From Halodesulfovibrio sp. (GTDB lineage: Bacteria; Desulfobacterota; Desulfovibrionia; Desulfovibrionales; Desulfovibrionaceae): 64,000 nt of DNA. Both the position numbers and the translations under genes were made by a program. The notes under the pieces are model-generated. The model worked only from the letters and a program-made list of their open reading frames with translations. It searched no databases and was not told where the DNA came from. Positions 52,835 through 64,000 of this stretch are shown here, piece by piece. The stretch is taken from assembly GCA_047972125.1 (NCBI GenBank), contig JBKEAK010000208.1, forward strand, positions 1,543 through 65,542, read 5' to 3'. The number at the start of each line of letters is the position of its first letter. Positions within the stretch are counted from its first letter, which is position 1.

Positions 52835-53364
52835 ACATCTCTTACGCTGCTGTCTTGTCCATTTCATGTCACAACCTGCTCAAAGCCCGCCCCTCTAGTG
52901 CCCAAAGACTTTCTCAAAGACTAGCTCAAAGTCTAGCCCGGACACTACCCCCCGCCTCTTGCTTCCCGCACAGGCAATGCCTGCACACTCCACGTCACTC
53001 GCCACTGCAAACAAAAAACCGCCCCCTTGCGGAGGCGGTTGCGACCATATGCGGCGTATTGCGTTGCGGGATTACCCGCTCCCGAAATTGCCGCCCGAAA
53101 ACCCGAAATATGTACCCGTTCATGCGTCATCTTCCTGACACGCGAGACGGACTGGTTCAGCCTACCAATGAGAAAGGCATTCAGGATCACAGGTCTTCCC
53201 GGAGCGTGGAGTCTGGCCCTGCGGCATTCTGTATTCAGCGAGGCCCCGGCGCGGCACATACGGCCGCAACAGAGAACAGAGCACCGAGGGAAACAAAACC
53301 ACGCGGGAGTTCACGCATGCAGGCACTTCCGTTCAAACGGACCGGCCTGTGTGCATCTGACCAG

Positions 53365-53715
53365 CTAGACCGTGATGGCCTTCTTGGGCTTCTCGAACTG
53401 CACGGCAGTGCCGTAACAGCAGAAATATTTGCTTCCGTCGGGGTGGAACGCCACGTTTTCCTTGTAGCCGATAATGGCCTGCGCGCCCTTGTTTACGGCG
53501 CGGGCGGCCATGCCGAAGAAGGCTTCGTCAGAATCATACCCGCGACAGACAACAAGACCGAGCACCTTGCCCAGCGTTCTGCCTTCAAGAACTTCGGTGG
53601 TGACCACGGGAAAACGTCCCGTCATGAACAGTTCCTTCACCACTTCCATATTTTCCGTACGGGGGCTATCCGCCTTGCGGCCCTTCTTGTCATTACCGCC
53701 GAGTAAAAACAGCAT
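53365..53715 (-). CDS. Small protein with a YbjQ/UPF0145-like core
   Basis: FPVVTTEVLEGRTLGKVLGLVV ... GAQAIIGYKENV ... YGTAVQF parallels E. coli YbjQ (TTPTLEG..IVEY.GVV ... GADAVVGIDIDY ... SGTAVK) as I recall it. It is flanked by large non-coding stretches. Confidence 0.4.
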   Translation of the reverse strand: MLFLLGGNDKKGRKADSPRTENMEVVKELFMTGRFPVVTTEVLEGRTLGKVLGLVVCRGYDSDEAFFGMAARAVNKGAQAIIGYKENVAFHPDGSKYFCCYGTAVQFEKPKKAITV

Positions 53716-53943
53716 GGCATCCTCCTTATCACAGACGCCGCAGCGCCATGTTGTTGTCAGTATGCCCCTGACTTTGCAAACCCCTTGCCAGAATGACGCA
53801 AAAAAGCCCCTTCGGGGTTACATGCATGCCAACCCGTTAAAGATACTGCATTGTTTCACGGGAAACACAAAGACCCTAAGCCCTCACCGGGGTCAGGCAC
53901 ACTCTCGACACGGCAAGGCGGAAAAATCGGACGCCGCTTCATG

Positions 53944-54030
53944 GCCGGTTCGTGATCAGTTCAGGACCGGTTCATAGACTAGCTCAAGGGCCGATTCATG
54001 CGGCTTACAGCCGGATATACCCCCGGTTCA
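53944..54030. repeat. Four direct copies of CCG(G/A)TTC(A/G)T spaced 22-32 nt apart
   Basis: ccggttcgt at 53944, ccggttcat at 53966, ccgattcat at 53990 and ccggttcat at 54022. They lie 230-315 nt upstream of the ATG at 53715. Confidence 0.7.
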
Positions 54031-54160
54031 TGACGGTATTTGCGCAGAGTGCGGAATATTGACACCACGCGACCAGAACAACCGGAAGCGGAATAGAGAA
54101 AGAATATGGAAGAAAGGGGAAGTGGGAAAGATAAGGAACTGAAGAGTGACAGCCAGCCCC

Positions 54161-55315
54161 TCACGAATGAAGAAGCACGCTGAACATGTCGCCGAGCAGC
54201 AGATCAAGGCCTTCCTCCACCTTCAGCAGGTCGGCAACGGCAAGGCCAGTGCGGCCCCATGCCTCTTCACTGAGCGGAGGAACGAACGCTTCTTCGGTGG
54301 AACTCAGCCCTATGGCCTTGGCCATGATGTCCGCCACATGCACCACATGCGGTTCCAGAAACTTCTCGGACTTTTCTGGCAGATGGTGGTGCAGCACGCC
54401 CATGGTCACGGAGAAAGGGAAATTCCACTTGCGCAGCAGCATGCCGCCCAGACGGGCATGGTCAAAACCGACCACCTCGGCCTCTGCCGCATACAGGGGA
54501 ATGCGCTTTTCCAGCGACACCTGCATGATGAGGGAAGATTTGCCCGGTCGGGACGTACATAGCGCGGCACGACCGATATCGTGCAGCAGCCCGCACACGA
54601 AGTAGCGTTCCGGCTCCGGCAGCTTGGCCCTTTCCGCAAGGCGCTGGGCTATGCTCCCCACGGCAATGGAATGCTTCCAGAAGGATTTCATGTCGAAGCG
54701 CCCTTTCCCGGCTTCCTTGAAGGCATCCATGGCGGCAACACCAAGCGCCATGTTGCTGAGCTGCTTCATGCCCACCACAGTCACGGCACGGGAAATGGTG
54801 TCTATCTGTGAGGGAAAGCTGTAGAAGGCGCTGTTCACAAGGCGGAGCAGAAAGGCAGAAAGGCCTGCATCGCGGCTTACCACGGCGGCCACGTCACAGG
54901 CGGAACTTTCCGGATTATTGATGGTCTGCTGCAGTTCCAGAACAATCTGCGGCAGCGCGGGCAGTTTCATGTCTCCCTGCAGCACGTCCAGCGGGTCCAG
55001 AGGGGCATGTTCCGCATCACTTGCCCCGGCAGGATCAACATCAGGAGAAAGGGCGCAGGAAGCCACATCCTTGAGGCACCAGCGCAGGGCCATGTCAAAG
55101 AGGGCCGCGTTCACAGGATGGCGGTTGTCCGCAAATCGGAAGCGCGCTGCGCACACCTTGGCCGCGTGCACCATCGAATCCTGCCCGCTGCCTGAAGAAC
55201 CTGAACGTCCGGAACCACCGGAATCGGCAGGACCGTCCATTACGGCAGAAACCGCAGCATCCGGTCGGTCGGTCTTCACTCCCTTCCGGGGAATAGGCTT
55301 GCCGGAATCCCGCAT
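54161..55315 (-). CDS. HDOD-domain signalling protein with a long low-complexity N-terminus
   Basis: LPALPQIVLELQQTINNPESSACDVAAVVSRDAGLSAFLLRLVNSAFY...ISRAVTVVG...HSIAVG...GLLHDIG is typical HDOD. GGGAGGA RBS. Confidence 0.8.
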   Translation of the reverse strand: MRDSGKPIPRKGVKTDRPDAAVSAVMDGPADSGGSGRSGSSGSGQDSMVHAAKVCAARFRFADNRHPVNAALFDMALRWCLKDVASCALSPDVDPAGASDAEHAPLDPLDVLQGDMKLPALPQIVLELQQTINNPESSACDVAAVVSRDAGLSAFLLRLVNSAFYSFPSQIDTISRAVTVVGMKQLSNMALGVAAMDAFKEAGKGRFDMKSFWKHSIAVGSIAQRLAERAKLPEPERYFVCGLLHDIGRAALCTSRPGKSSLIMQVSLEKRIPLYAAEAEVVGFDHARLGGMLLRKWNFPFSVTMGVLHHHLPEKSEKFLEPHVVHVADIMAKAIGLSSTEEAFVPPLSEEAWGRTGLAVADLLKVEEGLDLLLGDMFSVLLHS

Positions 55316-55324
55316 GTTCCTCCC

Positions 55325-55798
55325 TTAGATAATCGGAATCTGCCCGTGTGATGCCTTCATCAGGTACACGCCCACGGCAAAGACATACCAGACAAGACCG
55401 AAAAGCACTATCTTCAGCGAAAGAAGAAAGAACCGCGTCTTACGGTTGCGCATGGCAATAACCAGCGCCAGCCCTTCAGCCGTGGTTTCGCCGCGCAGTT
55501 CCGATATCCAGTGCAGCCGCACAACCCCATACAGGGCAACGGCCAGACTCAGCAGCACAAACGCCAGCCCGATGATGAGCGGGTATCCGCTCCACGGTCC
55601 TGCGGCCACAATGCGGTGCCCGGAAAACCCCGTAACGGAAATGGCCAGCGCCCCGATGCCAAAAACAGCCTGCGTGCGCTGGTGCAGCACGGCAAACTGC
55701 CCCTGCAGGCTTTTCCATACCTCGGCCTCGTTGCCCAGCACGGAAAGCATGTAACGAAATTCTTCTCTGTTCTTTTCTGTCACGGTAGTTTTTGTCAT
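55325..55798 (-). CDS. Hypothetical three-TM membrane protein, co-oriented and contiguous with the HDOD gene
   Basis: The ORF is open to 55888. The start is uncertain (ATG 55798, 55828 or 55888). The stop lies 9 nt before the HDOD start. Confidence 0.45.
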   Translation of the reverse strand: MTKTTVTEKNREEFRYMLSVLGNEAEVWKSLQGQFAVLHQRTQAVFGIGALAISVTGFSGHRIVAAGPWSGYPLIIGLAFVLLSLAVALYGVVRLHWISELRGETTAEGLALVIAMRNRKTRFFLLSLKIVLFGLVWYVFAVGVYLMKASHGQIPII

Positions 55799-56017
55799 AC
55801 CCGCATAGTTACAGGAATCCCCTTCCATGGCAATATACATACACTTTTGAAGCTGCAGCTCATGCCCTGCCGCGCCCTCTGATCGCATCGGAAAGGCTGG
55901 CAGCTTGACGACTTGGCTGTGCTGCTACAATAATGAGCGTTTAAGGGGACGGCTTTCCACGGTGCACGGAACCATCCCCTGCTGAACCCAAGCATATTAC
56001 CGGATAGTATTGAGACA

Positions 56018-56311
56018 ATGAACACACTTGAAAAGCTTGACCTTCCGTGGGAGGTCATAACGCTTATTGGCGCAGACAAAATACCCGCGACAAAACTGCA
56101 TCTGTACAACGCCATACTCTACGGCATTGCGGAGCGCTACAAGCGCCACGGGCTGGAATGGATAGAGACGCACGCCCATGAGATCCGCACGCAGATATGC
56201 GCCGCCGCCCGCTATGCCGGTGAAGACCTCTGTGGTTCCCTGCATGGCTGCGGATGGGATGAAGCCTGCGCAGAGGCAGATGCCCTGCTCGCAGATACCC
56301 CTGCGGAATAG
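56018..56311 (+). CDS. Hypothetical 97-aa protein upstream of the sensor kinase
   Basis: The ORF has plausible codon usage. No family was recognised. Confidence 0.3.
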   Translation: MNTLEKLDLPWEVITLIGADKIPATKLHLYNAILYGIAERYKRHGLEWIETHAHEIRTQICAAARYAGEDLCGSLHGCGWDEACAEADALLADTPAE

Positions 56312-56400
56312 TCTGCCGCCACATAACGCCGTTGCATGCAGGCTACACCTGCTCCATGCCCGGCCCGGCACCACGTTAACCCCGCTGCACTGAGGCCCCT

Positions 56401-59400
56401 GTGACCCAATTCCGTTCCCGCGCCCTTTCCACCCTGTTTGCCGCACTCATGCTCACGCTGCTCGCAGTGAGCATGCTGCCCGTGCAGGCTGCCGCCGCCC
56501 AGAAGATACGAAAGAACATTCTGTTCCTGAACTCGTATCACAACGGATATTCGTGGTCCGACAACATCTTCACCGGCGTCAAGGATACGCTGGAACAGAG
56601 CGACTACGCCATTGTGCTGCAGGTCGAGTACATGGACTCCAAAAAGTTCCATTACGAAGACACGGTGCAGACCCTGATAAGCCTTTACCGCGACAAGTTC
56701 CGCGACAAGCACTTCGACGCCATCATCGTTTCCGACAACATTGCCTACGACTTCATCCTCCAGTACGGCGAGGAACTGTTTCCCGGCGTGCCGCTCATCT
56801 TCTGCGGGGTAAACGACTTCAATCCCGCAAGCATTGAAGGGCGCAACATGACCGGGGTTGTGGAGTCGTTCGACGTGCTCGCCAACCTTGATACGGCCAT
56901 GAGCCTGCATCCCGGCATGCACCACATGGTGGTCATCGGCGACAAATCCGTCACGGGCAAGGCCATCCGCACGCAGATTCAGCAGGCGCTTCCTTCCTTC
57001 AAGGACCAGCTCACGGTCGAATACTGGGATGAATATACGCTGGACCAGATGCTCAGCCGCGTCAGGCAAGCAGGGCAGGATACCTTTTTCTACTTCATCC
57101 CCATGTACCGCGACATAGACGGCCAGTTCTTTTCTGCCCGCGAACTGTTGCAGAAGGTGCGCGCAAACACCAATGCCCCGCTCTACTCGAACTGGTCATT
57201 CCTGCTCGGCTACGGCATAGTGGGCGGCAAGCTGCTCTCAGGCGAGGCCCACGGTGCGGCCTCGGCCCAGCTGGCCCTCAAGGTGCTCAGCGGCGTGAGC
57301 CCGCGGGACATTCCGGTGGTCACACAAAGTGATGAGCCGTGGGAGTTCGACTACAACGAACTCAAACGCATGCACGTGAGCGAGCGCAAGCTGCCCAAGG
57401 GCTCCATCGTCATCAACGCCCCCAGCCGGTTCTACGAACTGAACAAGCAGGTCTTCTGGACCATCATCGTCAGCCTTGTCATCCTGACCGTAACGCTGGT
57501 GCTGCTGGTCATGAACGTGCTTGAAAAGCGCTCGGTAGAACTGCGCATCAAGGACCAGCTCTCGTTCCTGCGGCTGCTCATGGATACCATTCCCATTCCC
57601 ATCTACTCCAAGGACAAGTACGGGCGGTATCAGGAATGCAACGTGGCCTTCGAGCGTTTCTTCAACGTTTCCCGCGCGGAGATTCTCAACCGCAACGAAT
57701 GGCAGTTGCAGGGCCTTGGCCTTTCGCAGCTGCACGACTCGGTGGACAGCGTGCTGCTGCGTGAACCCGGCGTGGAAATTTATGAGCAGACCATAACCCC
57801 GGCAAGCGGCCCGCTCGGCGGCATGCCCCACAACATCATCCTGCACAAGGCCACCAACATAAACGCCCGAAAGGAAATTGCCGGGCTCGTGGGCATCATA
57901 TTCGACTTCACGGACCGCAAGAAGGCGGAAGACAGCCTGCGTGCGGCGGAAGAGAAATACCGCTCCATATTTGAAAACTCCCCGCTCGGCATCTTCCGTA
58001 TCAAGCCAGACGGCGACCTTGTGGACATCAACCCCGCCCTCGCCAAGATGGCCGGATACGATTCGCAGCAGGACCTGCTGGAGAACATGCCCGAGATTCC
58101 CCGCTACTTCATCAGCGAGCTGAAGCTGACGGGCGACAGCGGCACGGGCGAAGAAATCCGCACCTTCGAAAAGGCCATCACCACCCGCGACGGCTCATCC
58201 CTCATCGCCAACATTTCCATCAGAATCATTCGCGACCGGCTCGGCAACGTGGACCTGCTCGAAGGCTTTGCCGAGAACGTGACCAAGCGCAAACGGGCGG
58301 AAAAGGCCCGCCGCGAATCCGAACGCATGCTCCAGCTCGTGCTGGACAACATTCCCCAGCTGGTGTCGTGGAAAGATAAAACCCTGCGATATCTCGGCGC
58401 AAACAAGTCGTTCATGAACTTCTTCGGTGTCACCGCCACCGGCGCCCTGCTCGGCAAAACAAACATGGACATCTTCCCCAATCCTGCCGAGGCGGGAGCC
58501 CTGTTCGATGCCGAAGCCAAGGTGGTGGCGGACAACAGCGCCCAGTATCAGACACGCCTTTCCATCACCGATACGCTGGGCGGTGAGGTGTGGCTGGAAA
58601 CCAACCGCGTGCCCCTGCATGGTGACGACGGCGAGGTGGTGGGGCTGCTCACGGCAGCAGAAGACATCACCCAGCGCATCAACCTTGAGCGCCAGCTCCT
58701 GCAGTCCCAGAAGATGGAAGCCATCGGCACGCTGGCCGGGGGCATTTCGCACGACTTCAACAACATTCTCACGTCCATCATCAACTCCGTGGAGCTTGCC
58801 CTCTCCGACGTGGACGAAGATTCCCTGACGTGGAGCGACATGACCCGTGCGCTCAGGGCCGCCCAGCGCGGCAGCCAGCTGGTTAAGCAGATTCTCACCT
58901 TCAGCCGCCCCTCGCTGGAAGGCTTCATGAGTACCAACCTGAACGAGGTGCTCACAGAGGCTTCCGGCCTCATCAAGGCGTCCATGCCCCGTAACATCGA
59001 GATACGCGAACGCCTGCCGGAATTCCCCGCCGTGGCGCATGCCGACCCCACCCAGATTCATCAGGTTGTGATGAACCTGTGCACCAATGCGTTCCAGTCG
59101 CTGCGGGATCAGGGCGGTTTCCTCGAACTCAGTCTGGACCTTGTGCGGCTGGAGGACGAAATCGCCAAGCTGCTCACCGTCGCCACGGGCAACTATTTCA
59201 TGATCACTGTGGCGGACAACGGGCCCGGCATTCCGCCCGAGATTCTGGACAAGATTTTCGATCCCTTCTTCACCACCAAGGGCAAGACGGAAGGAACCGG
59301 ACTCGGCCTTGCCGTGGTGCACGGCATCGTCAAGGCGCACCGAGGCGGCATTCTGGTCAACAGCAAGCCGAACCAGCGCACGGCCTTCGAGATATATCTG

Positions 59401-59832
59401 CCCTGCATGGAGCAGATAGCCGCACCGGACGACGGCCCGCTTGGTGAACCCGTTGCCGGAGCAGGGCACATCCTGTTTGTGGAAGATGATGAAGATCAGC
59501 TGCAGACCATTCCGCGCGTGCTGGAAAGCCTTGGCTATTCCGTGCACGCCGCCGAGCATCCCAGAGATGCCCTGAGCCTGCTGCGCGAAGCACCGCAGGG
59601 CTGGGACCTGCTCATAACCGATTTCGACATGCCGGACATGAACGGTCTGGAGCTTGCCGAACAGGCCACCATCATTGCGCCGGAACTGCCCATCATCCTT
59701 GTTTCCGGACGAGATGTCGCATCGCAGGGGGCGGGTGCCATTCCGTCCATTCGCACCATCATCAGCAAGCCCTACAACAAGATCATGCTGGCAGACGCCA
59801 TCCACCGCATTCTTGTCCAGCGCTCCATGTAA
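56401..59832 (+). CDS. Hybrid sensor histidine kinase (periplasmic solute-binding-like domain, PAS domains, HisKA, HATPase, REC)
   Basis: GTG start, signal/TM, a ~300-aa periplasmic domain, TM ([22 protein letters not shown]), PAS repeats, H-box [13 protein letters not shown] boxes (DNGPGI, GTGLGLA) and REC ([14 protein letters not shown]). Confidence 0.9.
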   Translation: MTQFRSRALSTLFAALMLTLLAVSMLPVQAAAAQKIRKNILFLNSYHNGYSWSDNIFTGVKDTLEQSDYAIVLQVEYMDSKKFHYEDTVQTLISLYRDKFRDKHFDAIIVSDNIAYDFILQYGEELFPGVPLIFCGVNDFNPASIEGRNMTGVVESFDVLANLDTAMSLHPGMHHMVVIGDKSVTGKAIRTQIQQALPSFKDQLTVEYWDEYTLDQMLSRVRQAGQDTFFYFIPMYRDIDGQFFSARELLQKVRANTNAPLYSNWSFLLGYGIVGGKLLSGEAHGAASAQLALKVLSGVSPRDIPVVTQSDEPWEFDYNELKRMHVSERKLPKGSIVINAPSRFYELNKQVFWTIIVSLVILTVTLVLLVMNVLEKRSVELRIKDQLSFLRLLMDTIPIPIYSKDKYGRYQECNVAFERFFNVSRAEILNRNEWQLQGLGLSQLHDSVDSVLLREPGVEIYEQTITPASGPLGGMPHNIILHKATNINARKEIAGLVGIIFDFTDRKKAEDSLRAAEEKYRSIFENSPLGIFRIKPDGDLVDINPALAKMAGYDSQQDLLENMPEIPRYFISELKLTGDSGTGEEIRTFEKAITTRDGSSLIANISIRIIRDRLGNVDLLEGFAENVTKRKRAEKARRESERMLQLVLDNIPQLVSWKDKTLRYLGANKSFMNFFGVTATGALLGKTNMDIFPNPAEAGALFDAEAKVVADNSAQYQTRLSITDTLGGEVWLETNRVPLHGDDGEVVGLLTAAEDITQRINLERQLLQSQKMEAIGTLAGGISHDFNNILTSIINSVELALSDVDEDSLTWSDMTRALRAAQRGSQLVKQILTFSRPSLEGFMSTNLNEVLTEASGLIKASMPRNIEIRERLPEFPAVAHADPTQIHQVVMNLCTNAFQSLRDQGGFLELSLDLVRLEDEIAKLLTVATGNYFMITVADNGPGIPPEILDKIFDPFFTTKGKTEGTGLGLAVVHGIVKAHRGGILVNSKPNQRTAFEIYLPCMEQIAAPDDGPLGEPVAGAGHILFVEDDEDQLQTIPRVLESLGYSVHAAEHPRDALSLLREAPQGWDLLITDFDMPDMNGLELAEQATIIAPELPIILVSGRDVASQGAGAIPSIRTIISKPYNKIMLADAIHRILVQRSM

Positions 59833-59981
59833 GAGGCAGGCAAAAGGGCTGTTGCTGCCGGGTGCCAATACGCGGTGCCTCTGGACAAAAGTGTATTTTA
59901 CGAGGATGATGAAAAGTCAGTACCACTGGAATATTGAAGAGTATTTGCCACACGCCGATTATCGCTAACCGCCCGAGAGCC

Positions 59982-61493
59982 ATGCCCAATATTCTTGTCA
60001 TAGATGACGACAGACACATCTGCGAAACAATCCAGAGCCTGCTGGCCCGCCTGAACTACCGGTACCGGGCCGAGCACACCATAACCGACGGACTGAGAGC
60101 CCTGCAGGAAGATTCGTTCGACGTGGTGTTTCTCGACATACGCCTGCCGGACGGCAACGGCCTGACCGCCCTGCCCCAGATTCGCAGCACCCCGGACGCC
60201 CCCGAAGTGATAATACTCACCGGCGAGGGAGACCCCGACGGTGCCGAACTGGCCATTCAGGGCGGCGTATGGGATTTTCTGGTCAAGCCCACGCCCATCA
60301 AGCAGACCACCCTCACGCTCAAGCGCGCGCTGCAATACCGCGAAGAAAAGCAGAGCAAGGGGTCTGCCCCGGTTGCGCTGAACCTTGAAAACGTCATCGG
60401 CTCCAGTGATGCCATGCGCACCTGCTTCAACCTTGTTGCGCAGGCCGCCATGACGGATGCCAACGTGCTCATTACCGGCGAAACAGGCACCGGCAAGGAA
60501 CTCACCGCGCGCACCGTGCACGCCAACAGCCTGCGCCGGAACAACCGGTTTGTGGTGGTGGACTGCGCCGCGCTGACCGAAACCCTCGTGGAATCCACCC
60601 TGTTCGGTCACAAGAAAGGGGCCTTTACAGGCGCGCAGCAGGATCAGGACGGTCTGGTCAAGGTTGCCGACAAGGGCACCCTTTTCCTCGATGAAGTGGG
60701 CGAGATGCCTCTCTCCATCCAGAAATCCTTCCTGCGGTTCCTGCAGGAACGCGTGTTCCGGCCCGTGGGTGGCACGCAGGAGATCAAGAGCGATTTCCGC
60801 CTCATATCGGCCACCAACAAGAACCTCGACGAGATGGTGGAACGCGGAGAATTCCGCAAGGACCTGCTCTTCCGCCTGAAGACCATGCACATTGAGCTGC
60901 CCCCGTTGCGGCTGCGCTGCGAGGATGTGAAACCCCTCGCCATGTTCTACATCAACAGGCTCTGCGAGCAGTACGGCGTGCCCAACAAGGGCTTCTCTTC
61001 CGACTTCTTTGCCATGCTCTCCAACTACGAGTGGCCGGGCAACGTGCGCGAACTTTTCAACGTGCTTGAGCGGGCGTTTGTGGCTTCCGGCATGGAGTCC
61101 ATGCTCTATGCCATGCACCTGCCGCAGGACCTGCGCATCAAGATTGCCAAGGCCAACCTTGCCCGTGGGGGAACCCCTTGTGCCACCAGAACGGAATCAC
61201 AGCTCCGCACCGAGCCTGCCCAGCCTGCACAAGGCACTCCGCAGGCCCCGGCATCTGCGGCTGCCAAGGGCTCCGTGACCATGTCTGAAAAAGTGGACAC
61301 GGGCACCTGCGGCGATTCCCTATTGGATGGACCACTGCCCGAGATGAAGGACTTCAAGAATTTGATGGAACGCAAGTATATTGAAGCCATTATTGCGCAG
61401 ACAGAGGGAAACGTGCAGGAGATTATCCGGCTTTCCGGCCTTTCCCGTTCTCACTTCTACGCTCTGCTTAAAAAGAATAATATCACCCTATAA
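59982..61493 (+). CDS. Sigma-54-dependent response regulator (NtrC family: REC, AAA+, HTH)
   Basis: REC (ILVIDDD...FLDIRLPDGNG), Walker A GETGTGKE, the GAFTGA motif (KKGAFTGA) and a C-terminal Fis-type HTH. Confidence 0.92.
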   Translation: MPNILVIDDDRHICETIQSLLARLNYRYRAEHTITDGLRALQEDSFDVVFLDIRLPDGNGLTALPQIRSTPDAPEVIILTGEGDPDGAELAIQGGVWDFLVKPTPIKQTTLTLKRALQYREEKQSKGSAPVALNLENVIGSSDAMRTCFNLVAQAAMTDANVLITGETGTGKELTARTVHANSLRRNNRFVVVDCAALTETLVESTLFGHKKGAFTGAQQDQDGLVKVADKGTLFLDEVGEMPLSIQKSFLRFLQERVFRPVGGTQEIKSDFRLISATNKNLDEMVERGEFRKDLLFRLKTMHIELPPLRLRCEDVKPLAMFYINRLCEQYGVPNKGFSSDFFAMLSNYEWPGNVRELFNVLERAFVASGMESMLYAMHLPQDLRIKIAKANLARGGTPCATRTESQLRTEPAQPAQGTPQAPASAAAKGSVTMSEKVDTGTCGDSLLDGPLPEMKDFKNLMERKYIEAIIAQTEGNVQEIIRLSGLSRSHFYALLKKNNITL

Positions 61494-61608
61494 TTTTGCG
61501 AAGCTATGATGTAGTATTCAGAAAAGCCTCCCGGCACAGGCGTTGAGGCTGCTTTCCCTATTGTTTGTGCACTCATTTTGTTGTATGGAATCCCATTCAG
61601 CAATGGTC

Positions 61609-61626
61609 AGTCTGTTTTTTCAGACT
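61609..61626. promoter_or_regulatory. Palindrome AGTCTG-T6-CAGACT (candidate activator site 1)
   Basis: Perfect 6-bp inverted repeat with a T6 spacer. Confidence 0.45.
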
Positions 61627-61712
61627 CCCGGATTATCCCGGAGCTGAACACCCGCGAGGCATTGAGCCTGTATGCCGGGCCAGTGGCGGGTGCGCCTTTG
61701 CATCAAGGCGAC

Positions 61713-61730
61713 TGTCTTTTTTTTCAGACA
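61713..61730. promoter_or_regulatory. Palindrome TGTCTT-T6-CAGACA (candidate activator site 2)
   Basis: Same architecture as site 1, with centres 104 nt apart. It lies about 90 nt upstream of the -24/-12-like element. Confidence 0.45.
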
Positions 61731-61813
61731 ACCATGTGCGCCCCACCACAGGCCGCACACCGGCAAAGGAGGTAATGCGGGGGAATAATACAACTTTATA
61801 ATATCGCGCACTA

Positions 61814-61828
61814 TGGCATAGTTCTTGT
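61814..61828 (+). promoter_or_regulatory. Candidate sigma-54 promoter upstream of por
   Basis: TGGCATagttcTTGT has the correct GG-N10 spacing, but the -12 element is GT instead of GC. It lies about 160 nt upstream of ATG 61987. Confidence 0.35.
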
Positions 61829-61950
61829 TAAGGCAACTACCGGTTTCACAGCCAACCAACCGCAGGGGGCGAGACGGGGAAAAAACTCGCACCCGATGCT
61901 GATGATCATATGAAGATCACTGCCTGGAAATGGCAACCGGGACAGCATGA

Positions 61951-64000
<2,050 letters not shown>

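Noticed and set aside
52855-53706. A 283-aa plus-strand ORF covering the non-coding stretch and the antisense of 53365-53715.
   Set aside because: It shows no family resemblance and no RBS, and it has an Arg/Ser/Pro-rich composition. The minus-strand ORF has a YbjQ-like core and is the better explanation for 53365-53715.
52919-53987. A 12-nt direct repeat agactagctcaa (52919-52930 and 53976-53987) bracketing the YbjQ-like gene, considered as possible target-site duplication or ends of a small mobile element.
   Set aside because: A single 12-nt match between two positions in a 64-kb window is within chance expectation. There are no inverted terminal repeats, no transposase or integrase, and no compositional shift.

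Overview
This is a GC-rich chromosomal window whose gene content and synteny match Desulfovibrionaceae, the sulfate-reducing Desulfovibrio-type bacteria. That attribution is inferred from gene order, not from a database search. Most of the window is core genome. In order it carries a PilZ protein, mutY, a TauE/SafE-type permease pair, and an unusual two-gene cytochrome-bd-like/multihaem cytochrome c module. These are followed by coaX, eno, a yqhC/yqhD-like regulator and alcohol dehydrogenase pair, hflX, and a flagellar export and regulation cluster (fliR-flhB-flhA-flhF-flhG-fliA-cheY-fliL) that includes four unassigned genes. Next come dus, ispH, cheV, a radical-SAM/methyltransferase group, cbiA-cbiC, a MucR/Ros regulator, and a haem-c-containing MCP. 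The decahaem-cytochrome/rnfCDGEAB/apbE operon follows, then an HDOD protein, a hybrid sensor kinase, a sigma-54 activator, and the 5' part of pyruvate:ferredoxin oxidoreductase. One clearly accessory, visibly AT-richer island lies between the eno terminator and the stop of the AraC-type gene (about 12.8-16.76 kb). It holds a 5'-truncated Rhs core with a C-terminal polymorphic-toxin tail and a second orphan toxin tail that shares a recombination tract with the first. It also holds four paralogous two-TM proteins of about 60 aa that are putative immunity proteins, and two larger membrane proteins. Other items worth follow-up are a near-consensus sigma-54 promoter with an upstream hexamer array driving a 64-codon ORF or RNA, an RnfC lacking the canonical FMN/NADH motifs, and paired palindromes upstream of por. 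No tRNA or rRNA genes, CRISPR arrays, transposases or integrases were seen. Many long ORFs in the six-frame track are antisense artefacts of the high GC content.
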